A stretch of 64,000 nucleotides of DNA. Source: Thermoanaerobaculia bacterium. Lineage in GTDB: Bacteria > Acidobacteriota > Thermoanaerobaculia > Multivoradales > Multivoraceae. The notes under the pieces are model-generated. The model did no database searches. It was not told the origin of the DNA and saw only the letters and a program-made list of their open reading frames with translations. The stretch lies in NCBI GenBank assembly GCA_963666565.1, contig OY762911.1, positions 2,560,001 to 2,624,000 on the forward strand, in the 5' to 3' direction. The position numbers and the translations under genes are program-made. Of the stretch, positions 32,812-39,682 are shown one piece after another (within the stretch, counting starts at the first letter, position 1; each line of letters begins with the position of its first letter).

Positions 32812-34017
32812 TCAGGGCTCAGAGCCGAACAACCGGATTTGGCTCGGCCTGGGGCTCGACCGGACCGGATCCGGATCGAGTTGGTCTATCCGTAACAGCT
32901 CGCCAGCGGTGAACATGTGCTCTTTGAGAGCGGAACGCCCGGCCTCATCCAGGGGGCCGATGCGGCTTTCCCCGTGGTCGGCGCGGACGGCCAGAATCGA
33001 GTCGGCCGAGATCTCCTCGTCGTCCAGAAGGTCGGCGCTGTGGCTGGTCACCAGAATCTGAATGCGCTCCGCGGCGTCGCGCAGGCTGTCGATGAGGATC
33101 CCGGCCGCTGCCGGATGGAGCGCCACTTCCGGTTCCTCGATTCCCACCAGACCCGGCATCGCGTTCCCGTTGCCGGCGCCTTGGAAGACCGCCACGAGGA
33201 TGCCTAGGGCGCGAAGGGTGCCGTCCGACATGTTGTTCGCCTCAAACTTCCAAGGGTGTTTGGCGCCGCGCACGTCTTGGCGGAACTCGAGGGTCTCTCT
33301 CGGACCCGCCATTTTGCGGGCGACGCTGGCGATCCCCGGTACGACGCTGCTCAGGTAGTCCTGGATTCGCCGTTGTGCGTCGGGCGAACGCGTCGAGACG
33401 TTGGCCAGCACGCTCGCGATGTTCCTGCCGTCCCGACTTAGAAGTTGGCCGGGGTCGGGTGGTTGAGGTTGCCGGATCTCCTGGGGGTTCAGGCTGTAGA
33501 AGCCGAGGGTGGACAGCGCGTCGTAGATGGGGCGGAAGGGCTTGTGGCCGGAGACGTTGACCAGGTACAGCCGGTCCGAGGCGGCGACTGGTCCGATCAG
33601 CAGGCTGCTCCTCCTGACCTCGCCCTTCTCCACACGGTAGTGGTCCGGGTCCCCACCATCGCGGGGGACCACCACACAGTCCTCGCGCTGGACCTCGAAG
33701 CCGCCTGGCCTCTTGGCGCCTACCGTGAACGCGTAGTGCCCGTGGGACTCCTCCAGATCGACTTCGACGCGAATGCCGAAGTGCGTCGGGTGACCGCCGG
33801 ACCTTCGGCGCACGTCGTTGACTCCGCCCCGGTCCCGCAGCGCATGGTCGATGGAGTGCCGGAGCGAGTCCCGCACGAAGCAGAGCGCGTCGAGGAAGTT
33901 GCTCTTGCCGGCGCCGTTCGGCCCCACGAGGAAGCAGAGGTTGGCCGGAGAGACGTCGCAAGCGGCGATGCTCTTATAGTTGCGGAGGGCAACGCGAGTC
34001 AACAGGCGGTCCCTCAT
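32812..34017 (-). CDS. ABC/AAA_21-type ATPase
   Basis: NYKSI, GPNGAGKSN (Walker A), MSDGTLR (signature), IEEPE..LHP (Walker B/D-loop), TSHS (H-switch). Confidence 0.9.
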   Translation of the reverse strand: MRDRLLTRVALRNYKSIAACDVSPANLCFLVGPNGAGKSNFLDALCFVRDSLRHSIDHALRDRGGVNDVRRRSGGHPTHFGIRVEVDLEESHGHYAFTVGAKRPGGFEVQREDCVVVPRDGGDPDHYRVEKGEVRRSSLLIGPVAASDRLYLVNVSGHKPFRPIYDALSTLGFYSLNPQEIRQPQPPDPGQLLSRDGRNIASVLANVSTRSPDAQRRIQDYLSSVVPGIASVARKMAGPRETLEFRQDVRGAKHPWKFEANNMSDGTLRALGILVAVFQGAGNGNAMPGLVGIEEPEVALHPAAAGILIDSLRDAAERIQILVTSHSADLLDDEEISADSILAVRADHGESRIGPLDEAGRSALKEHMFTAGELLRIDQLDPDPVRSSPRPSQIRLFGSEP

Positions 34018-34023
34018 GCGGCG

Positions 34024-34029
34024 AGTCTA
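34024..34029 (-). promoter_or_regulatory. -10 box (TAGACT) 6 nt upstream of the ATPase ATG; probable leaderless promoter
   Basis: Minus strand reads TAGACT-cgccgc-ATG with no SD sequence. Confidence 0.5.
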
Positions 34030-34087
34030 GTCGTTGGGCGCGGAGCTGCTCTGGGTTCTCGGCCGTCCGCTCGCGGCCGCCAAGGTC

Positions 34088-34591
34088 CTACGTGGGCCAC
34101 TTCCTGAGCGCCATGTTCAATGCGAGCTGCGCTCGGCGGCTGGCTGCATCCGGCACCTCGAACCCGCAGGACCGGAGGCGCTCCTCGCGGTCCTTGGCCC
34201 GCTGGGCGGCGGCGTCACCCAAGGCGCGGGCCGCCTTGAGCGCTGCAACGACCCGGTCGGGTGCGAGTTGTTCTTGGGAGAGCATCTCGATGAGAGAGAC
34301 TTGTTCGGGCTTCGGCGGGTGACGGACGAAGCGGGCGTTGAGGGGAGCCGTGTCGGATACCGATGCGAGCTGGAGAATGCCGGCGAGGCGATGCAACCGC
34401 GCGACGGCGGCTGCGGAGGGCTCTGCGCCTTGGCGCCAGGAGTCCACCGTTGCCCGCGTCACTCTCAGGATCCGGGCGATTTGGGACTTGTTCAGGGACA
34501 GGGCAGCGGCCAGGTCCCTCACCTGCTCTGTAACCGGAGGCGTCTTAGCGTCTTTGCAGGGCGCGCCGACTGTGACGATTGCCTTGTCCAT
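34088..34591 (-). CDS. HTH-domain (XRE-like/antitoxin-like) protein
   Basis: LSLNKSQIARILRVTRATVDSWRQG is a Cro/XRE-type HTH. C-terminus not recognised. Confidence 0.6.
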   Translation of the reverse strand: MDKAIVTVGAPCKDAKTPPVTEQVRDLAAALSLNKSQIARILRVTRATVDSWRQGAEPSAAAVARLHRLAGILQLASVSDTAPLNARFVRHPPKPEQVSLIEMLSQEQLAPDRVVAALKAARALGDAAAQRAKDREERLRSCGFEVPDAASRRAQLALNMALRKWPT

Positions 34592-34764
34592 GTGGATGTG
34601 GCGGCCGACGATACCGCCTCGTGAAGCTGGCTCGCGCCCTGCTGGTGGTCCTCATCTTCGCGATCCCGGTCTGCTGGGCGGGTGCAGCGGGGCGGTCTGG
34701 CCGCAGGTGGGAGCCTAGCTGCTACCTTCGCTCGGTGTGTAGCTTCCGCTGTTGCGGTCTCGAC

Positions 34765-35421
34765 TTGGCCGCTGATCCCGTCGTGGAAGAGGTTCGACGG
34801 CTTCTTCCAGAGGTGACAGTGAGTGGCGGTTCCTTTGCGCGTTCGCTGCCTCCTCTGGCTCGGACTGGCCGAGAGAATCGAGTCGAGGAACTGCGACGCG
34901 TGAAGAGAGTCGCCACCGCCTGTTGTCTCGTCGACCTCCTAAGGGGTGCCGGACTACCGGCCGTTGAACCCACTCGACGGGTCTCTGGGGAGAGGGTGTG
35001 GCCTTCGGGCTTCATGGGCAGTGTCAGCCACAAAGGCACCAAGGTCGTAGCCGTGCTCGCGCCATCGCGTGCCTTCGATGGCGTAGGAGTGGACATCGAG
35101 GCTGCCGAGCCAGGGGATCTGATGCGCGTTAGATCCCTCCGAACGGCACCCGATCTTCCGCCGGGTCTGCACCCCCGTCTTGCAGTAGCGGTCCTCTTCT
35201 CCGTCAAGGAGGCCGCCTTCAAAGCCCTTTTCCCGTTGGTGAGGGAGAGGATGACGTTCGAGGACGTCGTGGTGCGATGGTCGGCTGGCGGCGTGGACGG
35301 GGTGCTCCATGGAACTTCGGTCTTCCGTCGGGTTTCGATCGAGGTCCGCTGCTCGACGGGAGTTCCAGACTGGGTCGTCTCTTGTGCCCTAGCACAGAGG
35401 GGCATAGTAGGCTGTGTTTGA
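34765..35421 (+). CDS. 4'-phosphopantetheinyl transferase (EntD/Sfp-like)
   Basis: WPSGFMGSVSH, GVGVDIE and LFSVKEAAFKALFP are EntD-type PPTase motifs. Start uncertain (34621, 34765 or 34783). Confidence 0.85.
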   Translation: MAADPVVEEVRRLLPEVTVSGGSFARSLPPLARTGRENRVEELRRVKRVATACCLVDLLRGAGLPAVEPTRRVSGERVWPSGFMGSVSHKGTKVVAVLAPSRAFDGVGVDIEAAEPGDLMRVRSLRTAPDLPPGLHPRLAVAVLFSVKEAAFKALFPLVRERMTFEDVVVRWSAGGVDGVLHGTSVFRRVSIEVRCSTGVPDWVVSCALAQRGIVGCV

Positions 35422-35445
35422 AATTCGGACGCCATCGTGTAGACT
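35418..35445 (+). promoter_or_regulatory. Candidate sigma70 promoter upstream of the ACP-like gene
   Basis: TTGAAA (35418-35423), 16-nt spacer, TAGACT (35440-35445). Confidence 0.45.
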
Positions 35446-35481
35446 GTGCCGAAGTCGAACGGACGATGTGGAGCGAGAGCT

Positions 35482-35787
35482 ATGGCCCAGGACCATCGCA
35501 AGGCTGAGCTAGAGCGGCGAGTACGGGAGGCGTTGGCGGAGAAACTCCGGGACTGGGACGAGCTTGTTCGGGATGGCGTTACGGGTGAGGTGGACCATGA
35601 ACACGCCGACGCTTGGGGGTCGATGCCCGTGATCGACTCAAAGGTCGTGGTCGAGCTCGTCCCGGTCTTCGAGGACGTTCTCGGTTGCGACTTCGACCTC
35701 AAGCTCATACGTGCCGGCGGTTACAACAGCGAAGATGAACTGGTCGCGGAACTGATCCCTGCGGTTCTTGAGGCAGCCGCACGGTGA
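35482..35787 (+). CDS. Stand-alone acyl/peptidyl carrier-like protein
   Basis: Small acidic protein. IDSKVVVELVPVFEDVLGCDF aligns with ACP 'xDSLDxVELVMxxEExFG'. Adjacent to the PPTase. Confidence 0.7.
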   Translation: MAQDHRKAELERRVREALAEKLRDWDELVRDGVTGEVDHEHADAWGSMPVIDSKVVVELVPVFEDVLGCDFDLKLIRAGGYNSEDELVAELIPAVLEAAAR

Positions 35788-35814
35788 CGATCGTGGAGCA
35801 AGGAGGAGAAGGAG

Positions 35815-36162
35815 ATGACTGAAGAACGGTCGAGTAGCGACAGTCTCGGGATCAGGCTCCGGGACGCGCGCAAGTACTGTGGCTTCTCCCAGGAAGAGGT
35901 GGCGCGGCACTTGAACGTATCCCGATCGGCCGTGTCTCTGATGGAGAGCGGCTCTCGGAGCGTCAACGCCATGGAGCTAGGGCGACTGGCGCGGCTCTAT
36001 CAGCGGAGCATGGAGAGCCTTACCGGCACCGTGTCAAGCGAGTCGGAAGCGGAGTCGGTCGGTTTCTTGGCCCGGGCAACGGCAGATCTCTCCAAACGGG
36101 ACCGGCAGGAAGTGCTTCGATTCGCAGAGTTCCTCCGATCGAGGAGGAGTGCCAGTGACTAG
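35815..36162 (+). CDS. XRE-family HTH transcriptional regulator
   Basis: RLRDARKYCGFSQEEVARHLNVSRSAVSLMESGSR. Strong AAGGAG RBS. Confidence 0.92.
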   Translation: MTEERSSSDSLGIRLRDARKYCGFSQEEVARHLNVSRSAVSLMESGSRSVNAMELGRLARLYQRSMESLTGTVSSESEAESVGFLARATADLSKRDRQEVLRFAEFLRSRRSASD

Positions 36163-37144
36163 GCGAGAAGGGATTCTACAGGCGGTGGCGGAAGCCTCAA
36201 AGCTGCTCGGCGAGGTCCCAGTCGGTGCCCGAACGAGCTTCGACATCGTGCGCGCTGTCGTGTCACGCCGCATCCCTCTCTTCTTTCGGCCGCTCGATGG
36301 GTTGCTCGGTGCCAACATTCGCTCAGACGATGGCGCCGCCGGCATCCTCGTGACAACTCGGCGCAACCTCGCCATACAGCGGTTCACGCTCGCTCACGAA
36401 CTCGGTCACATCCTCCTCGACCATCAGCCCCATCTCGACACGATGACGACGGTGGATGTTCAGGGTCCCTATTCCACCCCCGATGCCGACCTGCACGAGG
36501 TCGCGGCGAACACGTTCGCCTCCGAACTTCTGGGGGCTAGAGACCTCGTCCTTCGGTCGGCCCGTCGCCACGGTTGGACGAGGAAGGCGCTTCGACAAAG
36601 ACGCAACGTGTATCAACTCGCGCTTCGTCTTGGGCTCAGCTACAAGGCCACATGCTGGGCTCTGCGCACGGCTTCTGTACTCACGCACGAAGAGGCGCGT
36701 TGTCTCCAGAAGTTGCCGGTCAAGCAGATCAAGCAGTCGTTCGATCCTCTCCGCCTGCAGACCAACGCGCGAACGGATGTGTGGCTACTCACCTCGGCGG
36801 ATCGAGACACGTGTCTAGAAGCTGGACCGGAAGACCTGTTCGCGGTTGAACTGTCCGACCACGTGGCGGCCGGCTATCTGTGGAGGCTCAAGGGAACGGG
36901 CGGCGCGGCGAAGGTGGTTGGGGAGGCCCCTCCGAGTCTGAGCCTCGACTATGGCGGCAGGAGCACGAGAACGGTGTATCTCCGATTCGACGCCCCGGGC
37001 ATGCACGAACTGTCGTTTGAACTCGCACGGCCTTGGACCGGCGCTACCTTGGATCAGCTAACCGTCAACATACATGCTCTCGGCTCGGAGCAGGAAGGCC
37101 TGCCACGGCGCCAGAAGCGAGAGGCGCTGGCAAGTGCGGCATGA
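36149..37144 (+). CDS. ImmA/IrrE-family metallopeptidase with C-terminal chagasin-like (I42) domain
   Basis: QRFTLAHELGH...EVAANTFASELL. C-terminal VELSDHVAAGYLW...GG...F..ARPW. Confidence 0.85.
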   Translation: MPVTRREGILQAVAEASKLLGEVPVGARTSFDIVRAVVSRRIPLFFRPLDGLLGANIRSDDGAAGILVTTRRNLAIQRFTLAHELGHILLDHQPHLDTMTTVDVQGPYSTPDADLHEVAANTFASELLGARDLVLRSARRHGWTRKALRQRRNVYQLALRLGLSYKATCWALRTASVLTHEEARCLQKLPVKQIKQSFDPLRLQTNARTDVWLLTSADRDTCLEAGPEDLFAVELSDHVAAGYLWRLKGTGGAAKVVGEAPPSLSLDYGGRSTRTVYLRFDAPGMHELSFELARPWTGATLDQLTVNIHALGSEQEGLPRRQKREALASAA

Positions 37145-37770
37145 ACGTGGCTATCGAGCTGGACCTGCGGCCCGCGTTAGGTCCTGTGCGGGACCAACGC
37201 GAACTCCCGACGTGCTTGGCTTTTGCAGTGACGGCTGCACACGAACACGCCCTGAGATCAGGTGTGGAGCTCTCGCCCCGGCAGCTCCATCTTCAAGCCG
37301 CTGGAACGCAGATAGGGAAGGGTGTGTCGATTGAGTCCATTCGCGACGCTCTACTGGAACCGGGGCAGGCGCTCGAGGCCGACTGTCCCTACGATCTGGT
37401 GGAATCGGAGCCAGACTGGCTGCCTGTTCCTGGCTTGCCACTCTTTCGACGAGACAGCGAGATGTTGAGCCCGACACCGCCCGACGTGATGTCGGCGCTT
37501 GAATCAGAACATGTCCCGGTCCTGGGCATCAGCCTGCCTGCTGCGTTCCTGAGCCCTTCTGCACCGTGGCTAGTAGAGCCGGGAGACGTAGTGGGTGGGC
37601 TACATGCGGTTGCGGGTGTAGGGCTCGGCCTTCACAGCAGCGGGCGTTGCGTCCTGATCAGGAACAGTTGGGGCGCAGGCTGGGGTGACGCCGGCCATGT
37701 TTGGCTGTCCGAGCGCTTCGTCGCTCGGCATCTTCATGAGCTGATGGTGCTGTCGGACGCGCCAGGATGA
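37141..37770 (+). CDS. Papain-like (C1) cysteine peptidase, cytoplasmic, no propeptide
   Basis: DLR..LGPVRDQRELPTCLAFA (Q19, C25), GLHAVAGVG, IRNSWGAGWGDAG. ATGA coupling to the upstream gene. Confidence 0.88.
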   Translation: MNVAIELDLRPALGPVRDQRELPTCLAFAVTAAHEHALRSGVELSPRQLHLQAAGTQIGKGVSIESIRDALLEPGQALEADCPYDLVESEPDWLPVPGLPLFRRDSEMLSPTPPDVMSALESEHVPVLGISLPAAFLSPSAPWLVEPGDVVGGLHAVAGVGLGLHSSGRCVLIRNSWGAGWGDAGHVWLSERFVARHLHELMVLSDAPG

Positions 37771-38546
37771 CGGTGGAAGTGATCCATGCGGCTGGCCGGG
37801 TGGAGGCGTGGGTGAAGGCGGCGCGGCGACTACTCGAGAGCCAACGACTGCTGAATCTCGTACTCGACATCGCTTCCACTTACGTTCCCGGTACGGAAGC
37901 GCTGGAGCGCCGTATCGACAGCTACATGGCGTCACAAGGGAAGGAGTCCTTGCACAGCGTGGCGGAGACGATCTTCCCTTGCTCGCTGTATTGGCGGGAG
38001 GGTAGTCGGGGAGTGTTGGAACTGTACCCGAAGAACATCTACCCGGTTCTAAGGAGGAGAGAGCCCCGTCGGTGGGGTAACTATGCAGGACGTCTGCTTC
38101 GGCGGGAGACCAGCGCGGGCGACACGATCAACCCTCTGGATCAGATGCTCCGGAAGATGCGTTCGGAAGTCACCGGTTCGCGCACGAAGCGCGCGTGCTA
38201 CGAAATGGGCATCTGTCCTGCGGAGTACGAGCTGCCGCTCTACAGCGCCGCGAGAGACCGACGGCAGAGAATGGGTTTTCCGTGTTTGTCTCATCTGTCG
38301 TTCAAGGTATGGGGCAACGCCGTTCACCTGACGGCCCTCTACCGCAGTCACGACTATGGCGTGAAGGTGCCGGGCAACCTCCTCGGCCTCTCGCGGTTAC
38401 TGTTGTTTGTGGCGAACGAGACGGGGCAGCGGCCTGGTGGATTGGTCGTTCACTCGTCCTACGCCTACATTGACGGGCCGAAGACACCTCTGCGGGGTGC
38501 CTTGGATGAAATCGAGCGTTTACAGGGAGGAGAGTCGCCGTCATGA
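37767..38546 (+). CDS. Thymidylate synthase-like protein (divergent)
   Basis: GNYAGRL, FPCLSHLSF (catalytic Cys), YRSHDYGVKVPGN (equivalent to ThyA RSxD...N). Confidence 0.75.
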   Translation: MTVEVIHAAGRVEAWVKAARRLLESQRLLNLVLDIASTYVPGTEALERRIDSYMASQGKESLHSVAETIFPCSLYWREGSRGVLELYPKNIYPVLRRREPRRWGNYAGRLLRRETSAGDTINPLDQMLRKMRSEVTGSRTKRACYEMGICPAEYELPLYSAARDRRQRMGFPCLSHLSFKVWGNAVHLTALYRSHDYGVKVPGNLLGLSRLLLFVANETGQRPGGLVVHSSYAYIDGPKTPLRGALDEIERLQGGESPS

Positions 38547-39643
38547 GTGATTGGTTTCTGGAGTTCGAAGAGGCGGCCGCTCGGACGGACCAGTTCAGTC
38601 AGCGGCCGAATCACGCTGCGCTTCTGGCGGCGGGGCTGCTCGGCGAGGTCGGGAGCGTGCTGGCCGAAATCAAGAAGGAAGTTCGGGAGGCCGCTGCCTA
38701 TCCGGGGCATCGAAGGCGATTGGTCGAGGAGTTGGGCGACGTCCTGTGGTACTTCACTCGGCTTGCGCGCGTGTCGGAGCCGGATCTGCTTGGGAGGATC
38801 GCTTCTCGTCTGGAGGAGGGCGGGGATGGCGACCGGGACGCGGTGACCGCTGCTCTGGCACTGGGCCGCGATGTAGGAGGGCTCTGGGCGAGGGTAGAGC
38901 ACGGCAGACGGGAAGGGATTCGCAGGGGTCTCCTTGATGTGGCTGTGCGCATAGGTAGCGTGGCCAGGCTCGCCGATGTAGGGTGGCCAGAGGCCGCCCG
39001 GTGGAATAGGGCGAAGATCGAGAGCAGGTGGCCCAGCTCACGTAAGCACGCGCCGCTGTTCGATAGTGACTTTCCCGTGTACGAGCAGTTGCCGCGGCAG
39101 CTTGAGGTGGAGTTCATTCCGATTGAGCGGGGGAAGACCGAGAGCGTACTGCTGCGGTGTCGGGGCCTCAATATGGGTGATCGGCTGACGGACAACGCGA
39201 AGGACCCGGACTCATACCGGTATCACGATGTGATTCACCTATCGTATGCGGCATTCTTGGGCTGGTCGCCTGTGATCCGGAGTCTGCTGAAGTGCAAACG
39301 GAAGAGCAATCCGGACGTCGACGAAGTGGAGGACGGTGCTAGAGCGGCGGTGGCCGAGGAGGCGGTGTCTTTCGCGGTGTTTCGGCGGGCGAAGGAGATG
39401 AGTCTCTTCAAGGGCGTCGAACGTGTGGACTTCGACCTCCTGAAGGCAGTTCGACAGCTCGTCGTGGGTTTGGAGGTGGCGGCGCTTCCGTACTGGCAGT
39501 GGGAGGAGGCGATCCTGGAGGGGTATCGTGTGTTCCGGCGGCTGACGCGGAACCGGGGCGGGGCCGTGGAGATCGACCTGAATGAGCGAAGAGTGGTGTA
39601 CCGGCGGACGGCCTCTTCGAGTGGCGGCGCTACAGGCAGTTGA
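38543..39643 (+). CDS. MazG-like NTP pyrophosphohydrolase with MazG_C domain
   Basis: GLLGEVGSVLAEIKK..EELGDVLWY (MazG). C-terminal DSYRYHDVIH and DEVEDGARA motifs. Confidence 0.85.
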   Translation: MSDWFLEFEEAAARTDQFSQRPNHAALLAAGLLGEVGSVLAEIKKEVREAAAYPGHRRRLVEELGDVLWYFTRLARVSEPDLLGRIASRLEEGGDGDRDAVTAALALGRDVGGLWARVEHGRREGIRRGLLDVAVRIGSVARLADVGWPEAARWNRAKIESRWPSSRKHAPLFDSDFPVYEQLPRQLEVEFIPIERGKTESVLLRCRGLNMGDRLTDNAKDPDSYRYHDVIHLSYAAFLGWSPVIRSLLKCKRKSNPDVDEVEDGARAAVAEEAVSFAVFRRAKEMSLFKGVERVDFDLLKAVRQLVVGLEVAALPYWQWEEAILEGYRVFRRLTRNRGGAVEIDLNERRVVYRRTASSSGGATGS

Positions 39644-39682
39644 GGACCGGTAAGGGCTGCTGAAGGTTCCCCTTGACCAAGA

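Noticed and set aside
34579-34764. In-frame hydrophobic, Cys-rich N-terminal extension of the PPTase (possible membrane anchor)
   Set aside because: It overlaps the start and promoter region of the divergent HTH gene and has no clear RBS. It cannot be supported without homolog alignment.
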